Positions 8,306 to 17,377 of a stretch of 64,000 nucleotides of DNA are shown here, piece by piece; within the stretch, counting starts at the first letter, position 1; the number at the start of each line of letters is the position of its first letter. Source of the stretch: an uncultured Clostridia bacterium (GTDB lineage: Bacteria; Acidobacteriota; Aminicenantia; UBA2199); assembly GCA_964491915.1 (NCBI GenBank), contig CAZBHS010000027.1:2694-66693 (forward strand), written 5' to 3'. The notes beneath the pieces are model-generated. The model saw only the letters and a program-made list of their open reading frames with translations, did no database searches and was not told the origin of the DNA. Both the position numbers and the translations under genes were made by a program.

Positions 8306-8498
8306 TGGTAATTGAAATGATGAGAAAAACAGAAATTCTAGTAAATATCGCGGTAGCTGCCGGATGGGACGGCAACTTCAGCGTTCGTTCATTTCAATCT
8401 GACCGAGTAACTTTTATTAACAGAACACTTTCCTATTGGGGTGGGAAAAGTGATAGATAAAAGGGGGGGATGGCAGTAAGCTATCCTCCCCCTTTTGT
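8306..8498 (+). ncRNA. candidate sigma-54-dependent short transcript (~190 nt): structured sRNA, or mRNA for a 47-codon ORF (8317-8460)
   Basis: It is bounded by the sigma-54 promoter and a hairpin terminator. ATTGAAATGA (8311-8320) is perfectly complementary to TCATTTCAAT (8389-8398), a 10-bp long-range helix. The ORF reads MMRKTEILVNIAVAAGWDGNFSVRSFQSDRVTFINRTLSYWGGKSDR and has no convincing Shine-Dalgarno, unlike most genes here. Confidence 0.35.
8463..8498 (+). terminator. Rho-independent terminator
   Basis: GGGGGGGAT (8463-8471) pairs with ATCCTCCCC (8483-8491), including one G-U pair, with an 11-nt loop. It is followed by CTTTTGT. Confidence 0.6.
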
Positions 8499-8634
8499 AT
8501 CAAAAGGGGTAGTCAGCAATTCCAAACTTTAAGATAACCGACTTGTATTTCAAATCAAGATAACAATTTTTGGTATCCTATTACAAAAAAATGTCACAAA
8601 CGCTTGAGGATTGTTTTTTGGAGGGAAGGGAGAA

Positions 8635-8666
8635 GCCCCCGGTCATCCCGGGGGCCGTTGTTTTTT
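8635..8666 (+). terminator. orphan Rho-independent terminator
   Basis: GCCCCCGG-tcatc-CCGGGGGC followed by cgTTGTTTTTT. No supported ORF lies upstream on the plus strand. Confidence 0.5.
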
Positions 8667-8795
8667 ATATAAAGGGACTTTATATAAAAAAAGGAGGTGA
8701 AACCATTAATATTTTACCATGTTTTTTTTAAATTTCAACCCCTAATGGTATTTTTTTGTAAAAATATTTTTTGGTTTGTTAAATATACAAACAAA

Positions 8796-9905
8796 TCAGT
8801 TTCGCTCCGCTAAAACTTTTCCCAATTTATTTAAAAAATACTCATTATCGGCTTCGATTCCAACCGTGACCCGCATCGCGTTATCAAACCCAAAAGGCTG
8901 AAGTGGACGGATGATCACCCCTTCACGCAAGAGGCTATCATTCAATCGACCAATATCGGTCTCCGGGAAAAACAAAATGAAGTTGGCCTGGGAAGGAATT
9001 GGAGACAGCCCCATATCCTGGAGCTTAGCGAATAAAACCTCTCTATTTTTCGCGTTCAAATCCGCGGATTTCTTTTTAAAATCATCGGATTCTAGAGAAG
9101 CGATGGCTGCCCGCTGGGCCACACGGCTGATGTTAAACGGTGATTTAACCTTGCCGAGATAGAAGATCAAGTCTTTATTCGCAATCGCGTATCCTACTCG
9201 AAGGCCGGCGAGAGCGTAAATCTTGGAGAACGTCCTGAGCACAATTACATTTTTCCGGTTCACGGCAAGCTCAATTCCATCAAGATAACGATCTTCGTCC
9301 AACACATATTCCTGATAGGCGTTGTCCAAAACAACCAATTTATCCTCAGGAACCTCGTCGATAAATTTCATCAGTTCATCTTTTGGGAGCATTGTTCCTG
9401 TGGGGTTATTGGGGTTGGCGATAAAAATAATCTTGGTGTTCTCATCCATCTTGCTCCGGAATCCATCAAGATCATAGCAATACTCATCCGTAATCTCTAC
9501 TTGCGCGAAGCTTTCCTTTCCGCATGCCTCGATACTCGCGATCCTATACATCAAGAATGTTTTATCGGACGTCAATACCGTTTCCCCCGGTTTGAGGAAG
9601 GCCCTCACAATCATTTTGATCACCTCGGAGGAGCCGGGGCTCAGGATCAGATTCTCACTCCGAACATTTAAATAAGAGGCGATTTTTTCTTTAAGATAAT
9701 AGCTATCGGAATCAGGGTAAAAATGCAATGAGCCTAATTCGTCCCGAATAGCATTCGCCACATGACCGGGAATCGGAAATGGATTTTCATTGGAAGCGAG
9801 TTTCACAACTTTGTCAAGGTTATAGGTTCTCTGGATTTCCTCAATTGGCTTCCCCGGTTTGTAAGGACTTAAATCATGTAGATTTGGATTCACTAATTGT
9901 TTCAT
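8796..9905 (-). CDS. hisC: histidinol-phosphate aminotransferase
   Basis: 369 aa with LASNENPFPIP, ANPNNPTG and the PLP-lysine motif RTFSKIYALAGLRVGY. Confidence 0.9.
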   Translation of the reverse strand: MKQLVNPNLHDLSPYKPGKPIEEIQRTYNLDKVVKLASNENPFPIPGHVANAIRDELGSLHFYPDSDSYYLKEKIASYLNVRSENLILSPGSSEVIKMIVRAFLKPGETVLTSDKTFLMYRIASIEACGKESFAQVEITDEYCYDLDGFRSKMDENTKIIFIANPNNPTGTMLPKDELMKFIDEVPEDKLVVLDNAYQEYVLDEDRYLDGIELAVNRKNVIVLRTFSKIYALAGLRVGYAIANKDLIFYLGKVKSPFNISRVAQRAAIASLESDDFKKKSADLNAKNREVLFAKLQDMGLSPIPSQANFILFFPETDIGRLNDSLLREGVIIRPLQPFGFDNAMRVTVGIEADNEYFLNKLGKVLAERN

Positions 9906-9941
9906 GATATATCTCCTAATATTTGCGTCTTAACGTATCGT

Positions 9942-10535
9942 TCACAAATTTTGAAATAGCGAAGGCTGTTCCTTGTCTTCAAACATTTCAGTCAACTCTT
10001 CCAATGAAGGCAGCTCTGATAAATCGTATAGACCGAAATACAGCAAAAATTCTTTTGTAGTGGAATATAGAGCGGGAAGTCCCGGCACTTTTTTACGCCC
10101 GGTAATCCTGATCAATTTCTTCTGCAATAAATTCTTTACCGGGCCTGTGGAATTGACTCCCCTTAAATCGGATATTTCGGCGATTGTAACCGGCTGACGA
10201 TAAGCGACGATTGCGAGGGTTTCCAGTGACGGCACCGATAGCCTGGAGGAAGAGCGGATGGTGAAGAAATCCTTTAAAAGATGATGCATCGAAGGCTTCG
10301 TCACCAACTGAACGCCGCCGCCACTCCGTTTCAAACTAAGGCCCCGGTCGTTTTTACTATACACATGTTCCATATGGGTGATCAAATCTTCGAATTCCTG
10401 GATATTCCGACAATTAAGAAAATTCATGATCCGTTCAGGTTCAACCGGTTCTTTGGATACAAACAAAATGGATTCGACAAAAGCTGTTTTTTCTTCTATG
10501 GATTCCGGAATCGATAATTTTTCGTCACTGCTCAT
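9942..10535 (-). CDS. scpB: segregation and condensation protein B
   Basis: 197 aa with ESILFVSKEPV and LETLAIVAYRQPVTIAEISDLRGVNSTGPVKNLLQKKLI (winged-helix pair). It lies immediately downstream of scpA with a 1-nt overlap. Confidence 0.9.
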   Translation of the reverse strand: MSSDEKLSIPESIEEKTAFVESILFVSKEPVEPERIMNFLNCRNIQEFEDLITHMEHVYSKNDRGLSLKRSGGGVQLVTKPSMHHLLKDFFTIRSSSRLSVPSLETLAIVAYRQPVTIAEISDLRGVNSTGPVKNLLQKKLIRITGRKKVPGLPALYSTTKEFLLYFGLYDLSELPSLEELTEMFEDKEQPSLFQNL

Positions 10536-11272
10536 TACGCTTGTTCACCCTCATCGTTCGTCTCAATATTTTTCCAAACCGAAATTGAATCGAACAGTTT
10601 CTTTTGAATAGCAATCACCAAACTGCGCTTCACCATTTCCAGCAACGTAAAAAAACTGACCAATACCTCTTCTATAGTATCCAGCCCTTCCACATATTCA
10701 TTAAAATCAATATATCCCTTGTCGTCGAGGATTTGCAGAATTTCATCCCGCTTACCCTGAATTGAATAATGCTTGGTCTCGATATACAGAAATTCCTCTT
10801 TCTCTTTTTTTCTCACCAGATTCATAAAAACTTCAGCCAACTGAAAGGAGGTCACCTCTTTCAACTCGAATTCTTTATGCGCGAAACTCTCCGTAACCTC
10901 TTCCCGGCGCCAGAGTACCAATTCATTGTCCTCCAGCTCCTTGAGCATGCTGGAGATTTTTTGAATTTTATCATATTCAATCAACGTATTGATTAACTGC
11001 GTTTCGGGAGATTCTTCCTGCAATATTTCAGGTCTGGGCAATAACGACCGGGACTTGATATAAATGAGAGTGGAAGCGGTCATCAAGAAATCACCTTCCC
11101 TGGAGGGATTGATACCTTTTTGACTCTCCAGGTAATAAAGATACTCCGAAGTGATCTCCGACAGTTTGACATCCATGATGTTCATCTTGTTTTTGCGGAT
11201 GAGATGGAGCATTAGATCGAGGGGCCCCTCAAAATAATCGGTATGAATATTATATACTTCGGTAGCCATCAA
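10535..11272 (-). CDS. scpA: segregation and condensation protein A (kleisin)
   Basis: 245 aa. The N-terminus FEGPLDLMLHLIRKNKMNIMDVKLSEIT is typical of ScpA. Confidence 0.9.
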   Translation of the reverse strand: MMATEVYNIHTDYFEGPLDLMLHLIRKNKMNIMDVKLSEITSEYLYYLESQKGINPSREGDFLMTASTLIYIKSRSLLPRPEILQEESPETQLINTLIEYDKIQKISSMLKELEDNELVLWRREEVTESFAHKEFELKEVTSFQLAEVFMNLVRKKEKEEFLYIETKHYSIQGKRDEILQILDDKGYIDFNEYVEGLDTIEEVLVSFFTLLEMVKRSLVIAIQKKLFDSISVWKNIETNDEGEQA

Positions 11273-11275
11273 ATT

Positions 11276-11932
11276 CTACAGGGATAGAATCGCCCGTATC
11301 AACATGAACACCGGTTGCGCAATAAATTGAAACAGGCCCAGATAGATAATACCGATCAGAATAATAAATCCATAAGGCTTCAGCGACAGATACATGCGCA
11401 ACGCTTCGCCTTTGAGCAATCCCTCAAGTATCCCACTGCCGTCCAACGGGGGAATCGGGATCAAATTGAATATTGCCAGAAAAACATTGATGATGATTAA
11501 ATAAAAAAGGATGGCCGCCACAACTTCGATCAATCCGCCAGCCATGACGTAGAGACCTAACTTTTTTAAAATCAAAAACAAGACAATTGCCGTAAAAGCA
11601 ACCACCAGGTTGGAAATTGGACCGGCGGCGGCAATAAACATGTGATCCCTACGGGGATTTCTGAGGTTATACGGATTCACCATCACCGGCTTCGCCCATC
11701 CAAAAACCGGCTGCCCCATTACTGCCAACAATAAGGGAAATATAATGGTGCCGATTAAATCGATGTGTGGAATCGGATTGAGTGTGACGCGCCCTTGCAA
11801 TTTTGCGGTGGGATCGCCAAAGCGGTCCGCAGTCCATGCATGCGCTGCTTCGTGCACAGAGATCGCAAACATCACCGCGGCAAATTGGATAACAATAGGT
11901 AATATATCTCTCATAACATGAAAAAATAACAC
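11276..11932 (-). CDS. site-2 protease family (peptidase M50) membrane metalloprotease
   Basis: 218 aa, multi-TM, with HEAAHAWTADRFGD (HExxH) and NLIPIPPLDGS motifs. Confidence 0.85.
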   Translation of the reverse strand: MLFFHVMRDILPIVIQFAAVMFAISVHEAAHAWTADRFGDPTAKLQGRVTLNPIPHIDLIGTIIFPLLLAVMGQPVFGWAKPVMVNPYNLRNPRRDHMFIAAAGPISNLVVAFTAIVLFLILKKLGLYVMAGGLIEVVAAILFYLIIINVFLAIFNLIPIPPLDGSGILEGLLKGEALRMYLSLKPYGFIILIGIIYLGLFQFIAQPVFMLIRAILSL

Positions 11933-12085
11933 AAATCGGTATATCCGTCAACACTTGATATCCTTACCTCATAGCTATATTTATTTGACAAAAAAAAATA
12001 TAATTGATATAGTAGATTTTATCATGTATGACTAGAATAAAAAATTTGCAATTGTTCATACTCGTTCTTTATACAGGAGGTTATT

Positions 12086-13075
12086 ATGAAAAAAACTATC
12101 GTCTTTATGGTGATCCTTTCGTTCGTTCTCGGATCAGTCCAGCTCCAGGCGGGAAAAAAAGAAAAAGAGGCGCTTTACATTGCGGCTATCACTGAGCAGA
12201 ACCCTGAAATCAAGATGCAAAAACTCGAAGAATATTTTTCGAAATTCGGGAAAAAGAAAAAAAACCAGACTGCGCCTTTGTTCATCCACCTTGTGGAAAC
12301 CGCATATAAGCTGAAAAGTTGGGATAAACTGCTTAACTATTCAACGTTGGCCTTTGATTCCGGTAAACTGTCTGAAATAGACAATATGAACGTAAAACTC
12401 AAATTGGCATACTACAATATGACTGCCAAAAAAGACCTGGCGGAAGCTGAAAAATTAGCCGATGAGATTTTAGTGTTCGGAAAAAAGATCAATAACGCCA
12501 TGTGCGATAAAATGTTCTGCGCCCCGGCGTTGAGAATTAAAATCGCTATTCTTGAAGCTCAGTCCACCGATTCCAAAGCCATTACAAAAGCGTTGGATGC
12601 GTCATTTGAAGTTTACAAAATTGATAAATCCCAGAAATCCGCTGATTTTATCTTCTACTTCGCCCAGAAAGCCTACAATGAGTTGAGCTTATATGATACA
12701 GCGATTGCCGCGCTCGAAAAAATCTGTGATATCCCGAAAGCCAAAGTCGAACACATGGAAAAATTAGCATCCTGGTACATGTCCGACGGATACAATGACA
12801 AGGCTTTGAAATATTACTCAAAGTCCTACAATGTATCAAAAAATGCGCAGACAGCGTATTTGATCGGAAAACTCACTTACAAAAACGACTTGACAAAAGG
12901 ATTGAATTACCTGGCGGAAGCCTATGTATTTGATGAAGCTCCATACTCGGATCAGGCGAAAGAACTACTGGACGCAGCCTATAAAGAATCTCAACCGGAA
13001 GAGACAACTCCGGAACAGATCGACGAGGCTATCCAGCAGATGATCGAAGACGCCCGGCTGAGATTGGGTAAATAA
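12086..13075 (+). CDS. secreted helical-repeat (TPR-like) hypothetical protein
   Basis: 329 aa with signal peptide MKKTIVFMVILSFVLGSVQLQA and AGGAGG upstream. TTGACA-N17-TATAGT (11985-12013) is a plausible promoter. Confidence 0.6.
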   Translation: MKKTIVFMVILSFVLGSVQLQAGKKEKEALYIAAITEQNPEIKMQKLEEYFSKFGKKKKNQTAPLFIHLVETAYKLKSWDKLLNYSTLAFDSGKLSEIDNMNVKLKLAYYNMTAKKDLAEAEKLADEILVFGKKINNAMCDKMFCAPALRIKIAILEAQSTDSKAITKALDASFEVYKIDKSQKSADFIFYFAQKAYNELSLYDTAIAALEKICDIPKAKVEHMEKLASWYMSDGYNDKALKYYSKSYNVSKNAQTAYLIGKLTYKNDLTKGLNYLAEAYVFDEAPYSDQAKELLDAAYKESQPEETTPEQIDEAIQQMIEDARLRLGK

Positions 13076-13176
13076 ATCAATCCGCATAAAGTGATAGCGG
13101 TACATAATTTTTTTATACAAAATTTATAATTTGATCTTGACTTAATTCAAATTTTGTTTTATCATTAATACTTCCA

Positions 13177-13249
13177 GCCGGGATAGCTCAGTAGGTAGAG
13201 CGAGGGACTGAAAATCCCTGCGTCCGTGGTTCAACTCCGCGTCCCGGCA
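13177..13249 (+). tRNA. tRNA-Phe (anticodon GAA)
   Basis: A 73-nt cloverleaf folded by hand: acceptor GCCGGGA/TCCCGGC, D stem GCTC/GAGC, anticodon stem AGGGA/TCCCT with loop CTGAAAA, T stem CGTGG/CCGCG with loop TTCAACT. CCA is not encoded. Confidence 0.95.
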
Positions 13250-13273
13250 ATTTATTCATTCAATAGGCATATC

Positions 13274-14134
13274 TTGGAAGATAATAAGATAAATTCAAAT
13301 TTTTCAGATTTGGTTCGCCAGCGCTATTCTTGCCGTTCGTTTTCCGAAGATCCAATCATCCCTGAGATTGTACATATAATCAATAAATACAATTCATCGG
13401 TATCCCCCCCCTTCTACAACGACGTACGTATTTCCTACCTGTCGAGAGAACGTTTGAAAGAGGAAAAATTTTTTACCACCGGCACTTATGGAATGATCAA
13501 AGGTGTGAAAGGATATCTCGTCGGTATAACCGGAACAAAATCCAGTCAGACTTTTGAGAACTTCGGATATTGCATGGAGGAAGCGCTGTTGCGTCTCACC
13601 GCCCTGGGAATAGATACATGTTGGATCGGAGGAGTATTTGACCGCAAAACCTTCGGTCGCTTATTTTCAATCGAAGCAAACGAGATTGTTCCGGCCGTCA
13701 TTGCCATGGGATACGCCTCGCACCACAGAACCTTTCGGGACAAAATTGTCCGGTGGAGCGCTAGAGGAAATCATCGTAAGCCAATGGACCGACTCTTTTT
13801 CGAAAACACCTGCCAAACTCCATTGCGATTAAGTAAAGATTCGCAATTGTATCAACTATTTGAAAATGTACGACTGGCGCCGTCAGCGTCCAACAAGCAG
13901 CCCTGGCGCATAATCAAACAAGACCGCCTACTCCACTTTTTCCTGGATCGGGACAAACTATACAGTAAACTCATTCCCAACGTCGATTTGCAACGTATCG
14001 ACATTGGGGTCGCCCTTTACCACTTTGAAATGTCGGCCCAAGAGGCCGGCGTACACATTTCGAGAGAGACACACGCAAAGCCGCTTCATGTTCCTCGACA
14101 TTTCGAGCATATCATTTCTTACTCCATTGAATAG
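13274..14134 (+). CDS. nitroreductase-family protein
   Basis: Motifs RYSCRSF and LAPSASNKQPWRI. The track start (GTG 13226) lies inside tRNA-Phe, so I placed the start at the in-frame TTG 13274. The start is uncertain; the stop is firm. Confidence 0.7.
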   Translation: MEDNKINSNFSDLVRQRYSCRSFSEDPIIPEIVHIINKYNSSVSPPFYNDVRISYLSRERLKEEKFFTTGTYGMIKGVKGYLVGITGTKSSQTFENFGYCMEEALLRLTALGIDTCWIGGVFDRKTFGRLFSIEANEIVPAVIAMGYASHHRTFRDKIVRWSARGNHRKPMDRLFFENTCQTPLRLSKDSQLYQLFENVRLAPSASNKQPWRIIKQDRLLHFFLDRDKLYSKLIPNVDLQRIDIGVALYHFEMSAQEAGVHISRETHAKPLHVPRHFEHIISYSIE

Positions 14135-14219
14135 AAGAATAAATCAATCTAACCCGCCAAACATCTCCAAACCATTACTATATAAAGCTTTTCTAGAAAT
14201 CGGCAGCGGCTCGAATAAA

Positions 14220-14248
14220 TTGACAAATTTTCAGAAATCCTGTAGAAT
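14220..14248 (+). promoter_or_regulatory. sigma-70-type promoter of GWxTD module 1
   Basis: TTGACA (14220-14225), 17-nt spacer, TAGAAT (14243-14248). AGAGG lies before the ATG at 14265. Confidence 0.6.
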
Positions 14249-14264
14249 CACATTATAGAGGTAT

Positions 14265-16355
14265 ATGATGAACGAATTCACAAAACGATCTAATTCAATT
14301 ATTACTTTATTAATAATCCTGGCTTTGAGTGTCACTTTACTACCGGGGAAAACCAAAGAAACGGATTTACCCGAGAAATATCGCAAATGGTTGACTGAAG
14401 ATGTCACCTACATAATTACTCCGCTTGAAAAAAAGGTATTTCTTGAGTTGGAAACCGCGAAAGAGCGGGATCTCTTTATAGACGCTTTTTGGAAAAACAG
14501 GGATCCCAACCCAAACACTCCGGAAAACGAATTCAAAATCGAGCATTACAAGCGCATGCAATATGCCACCCTAAACTTTGGTAGAGGCACACCGACAAAA
14601 GGTTGGCGAACAGAAATGGGCAAAATGTATATCATATTAGGAATGCCCAACGCAATCAACCGCTATGAAAACGATACGGAAATATATCCGACAATTGTGT
14701 GGTTTTACCAGGGATTCGCCAAATATGGCCTTCCCGATGCGTTTAGCGTTGTGTTTTTTAAAAAATACGGGGCGGGAGATTACCTCCTCTACAGTCCTAT
14801 CAAGGACGGCCCGCAAAGCCTTTTAATTCATTATATGGGAGATCCTAAAGATTATGTGGCGGCTTACGACAAACTCAATTACATTGAACCGGATGTCGCG
14901 AAAATATCTCTGTCTCTCATTGAGAGTGAACGCCGATTAACCATGTCCCCCTCTATCTCTTCAGAAATTTTGATTACTAAAAAGATCGCCGAGACTCCCA
15001 CAAAAAAAGTCAATGATACATACGCAAGTAAATTATTGAAATACAAAGAATACATCGAGAGCGACTATTCGGTAAACTATGTGGACAGTAGCTCCATGGC
15101 TCAGGTTCTTCGGAGTAATTCCGGGGCGTACTATGTGCACTATTTATTGGAGCCCAAAAAACTCACCCTGGAACAATACGATGATATGTTCTATTCCAAC
15201 CTTGAGATCGATTGCAGCGTCATCGATGAAGAGACGAACATGACTGTTTACCAGTTCAATAAAACCGTCCCCATTAAATTGGAGCGGGAGCAAATGGAAA
15301 AAATTCAATCAAAATTATTTAGCTTCCAATCCTATCTGCCATTGATCGAAGGTCGCTACATAATAAATCTGTTATTTAGAAATAAAGTATCCAAGGAATT
15401 CGCTTCAATGGAAAAACATGTCGTGATCCCCTCTTACGATATTACCAAACCCACTATCAGCCCGCTCATTTTGGCTAACCGGATAAAACGATCACCACAG
15501 AATCTCGATAAGAAAAAAGCCTTCGTATTCAATGATGTGCAGTTATCGCCATCCCCTCGTAACGACTTTTCCACCAGGGATACGATCTACCTCTATTATC
15601 AATTGGAGGGGCCGAAAGAACAAATCGCCAATGGGAACATTAAATATTCTATTTACAAAGACGCCAAAGAAATCTATTCCCGCCAGAAAAAACTGAAGGG
15701 CTATGATACCGGGCAACAGATCATGGAGGAGTTCCCCCTCGCAGGAAATGTCCCCGCCTACTATAAACTCCGTGTGTCCTTATATGGCCCCACAAACAAT
15801 TTCATAACGCTTCAGGAATCGGATTTCTATATTTCACCCCTATCCCAACTCCCAAGACCCTGGGTCGTATCTCTATCTGAAAACCTTGATGACGCAGGCT
15901 TGTTCAACATTCTTGGTATCCAGTATTTCAACAAGAAAGAATATAAAAAAGCGTTTGCGCTATTGGAGAGAGCGTACAATAATAAGCCGCTCAATCCCAA
16001 ATTCGCTCTCGATTATTGCCGTATTTTATTGTTAGCCCAAAAATACGAAAAAATAATAAAAATCGCATCGGTATTCACCACTACCGAAGACAAGAAAAAC
16101 TTTTCAGGCATGATGGGTGTGGCTTCAGAAAAACTCGGCCAGTATGAAGAGGCCATTCAGCACTACAAAAATTATCTTGAGTATCATGGAACAAACATCA
16201 AGATTCTTAACTCCATCGGCGCCAGTTATGCTCACTTAGGAGATATTGACGAAGCGCTGGTTGCACTGGAGAAATCCCTGGAGCTCGAGCCCAATCAAAA
16301 AAATCTCAAAGCACAGATTGAAGAATTGAAGAAAAAAAAACAATTAAACAAATAA
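14265..16355 (+). CDS. GWxTD-domain protein, long form with C-terminal TPR repeats (module 1, A)
   Basis: 696 aa with a signal peptide. Motifs are FWKNRDPNPNTPENEF and GWRTEMGKMYIILGMP (GWxTD-type). The C-terminal TPR is YEEAIQHYKNYLEYHGTN...ALEKSLELEPNQ. It is a paralog of 27225-29342. Confidence 0.85.
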   Translation: MMNEFTKRSNSIITLLIILALSVTLLPGKTKETDLPEKYRKWLTEDVTYIITPLEKKVFLELETAKERDLFIDAFWKNRDPNPNTPENEFKIEHYKRMQYATLNFGRGTPTKGWRTEMGKMYIILGMPNAINRYENDTEIYPTIVWFYQGFAKYGLPDAFSVVFFKKYGAGDYLLYSPIKDGPQSLLIHYMGDPKDYVAAYDKLNYIEPDVAKISLSLIESERRLTMSPSISSEILITKKIAETPTKKVNDTYASKLLKYKEYIESDYSVNYVDSSSMAQVLRSNSGAYYVHYLLEPKKLTLEQYDDMFYSNLEIDCSVIDEETNMTVYQFNKTVPIKLEREQMEKIQSKLFSFQSYLPLIEGRYIINLLFRNKVSKEFASMEKHVVIPSYDITKPTISPLILANRIKRSPQNLDKKKAFVFNDVQLSPSPRNDFSTRDTIYLYYQLEGPKEQIANGNIKYSIYKDAKEIYSRQKKLKGYDTGQQIMEEFPLAGNVPAYYKLRVSLYGPTNNFITLQESDFYISPLSQLPRPWVVSLSENLDDAGLFNILGIQYFNKKEYKKAFALLERAYNNKPLNPKFALDYCRILLLAQKYEKIIKIASVFTTTEDKKNFSGMMGVASEKLGQYEEAIQHYKNYLEYHGTNIKILNSIGASYAHLGDIDEALVALEKSLELEPNQKNLKAQIEELKKKKQLNK

Positions 16356-16365
16356 GAAGGAAAAT

Positions 16366-17310
16366 ATGAAACTAAAGCAATTCACGTCGCACGTTTCGAT
16401 TGTGATGCTGGGTATCATACTATTGTTCAACGCATGTGGCGGTGGTATGACGAAACTCGTCAAACAATTACCGCCCAAGGACCAGGATTTTCTTTCTACC
16501 GTAAGATACCTGATCACAAAACAGGAAAAAAAGATATTTCTCAATCTCGCCACCGAGCCAGAGCGTTCGGAATTTATCAAACATTTTTGGAAGCAGCGGG
16601 ATCCCGACCCGAACACTGAGGTCAATGAATATAAGGAAGAGTACCTCGACCGCATTGAAACATCCAATCAACTTTTTGGGAAGAACGGTTGGCTGGGCGA
16701 CCGAGGACGTGTTTTAATCATATTAGGACCGCCGGAAACCAAACGGGTGTACCCAACCGGCCTCACGATAAACACAATGTCCGGTGAACCGAGCATTTAC
16801 GAATACCCAACTGAAGTATGGTACTATGGCTACTACAATTTCCCGATCGTGTTTGTGGATCTCCACAGAAGCAATTCCTACCAATTAACCCCTCTCAGTT
16901 CTCAACATATCGCCACCATCAACAAAGCCGGAATGCTGTTCAGGCCAGTGATTCAGGAACTCGAGCGCCCTCTGGAATTCAACCTGAAAATTACAAAAAA
17001 TAGAGACGGTCAGCACATCATCCATGCGGAACTTCCATATAAAAATATAGTGTTTGTCGAAGCCGGAGATAAATACACCGCCGACCTGGTATTAAGTGTC
17101 AAGACGTATAGTCAGGATGGAAGAGAATTCCCCCCAATCACCAAAAAATACACACTATCTCTTACCAAAGACGACCTTCAAAAAAAAGCGGACCGATTCA
17201 CAATGTCGATCCCAATACAATTGAAATCCGGTGAATACAACATGGAGATTTCGATAGAAAATAAAAATGACAAACTCAAAACGACCAAAAAAATATCGTT
17301 TAAAAATTGA
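16366..17310 (+). CDS. GWxTD-domain lipoprotein, short form (module 1, B)
   Basis: 314 aa with a lipobox-like LLFNAC. Motifs are FWKQRDPDPNTEVNEY and GWLGDRGRVLIILGPPE. It starts 10 nt after gene A and is a paralog of 26270-27247. Confidence 0.85.
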   Translation: MKLKQFTSHVSIVMLGIILLFNACGGGMTKLVKQLPPKDQDFLSTVRYLITKQEKKIFLNLATEPERSEFIKHFWKQRDPDPNTEVNEYKEEYLDRIETSNQLFGKNGWLGDRGRVLIILGPPETKRVYPTGLTINTMSGEPSIYEYPTEVWYYGYYNFPIVFVDLHRSNSYQLTPLSSQHIATINKAGMLFRPVIQELERPLEFNLKITKNRDGQHIIHAELPYKNIVFVEAGDKYTADLVLSVKTYSQDGREFPPITKKYTLSLTKDDLQKKADRFTMSIPIQLKSGEYNMEISIENKNDKLKTTKKISFKN

Positions 17311-17377
17311 AATAATCTCAGAACGTTTGTTTAAGAGGCAAAAAAGAATGAGCTTCATATATATCAAACTTTATTAA

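Noticed and set aside
8571-8585. TGGTAT-cctat-TACA as a further sigma-54 promoter
   Set aside because: The -12 position reads CA rather than the invariant GC at GG-N10 spacing.
13226-13273. GTG start of the nitroreductase ORF as given in the track
   Set aside because: Positions 13226-13249 lie inside tRNA-Phe, so a downstream in-frame start is more plausible.
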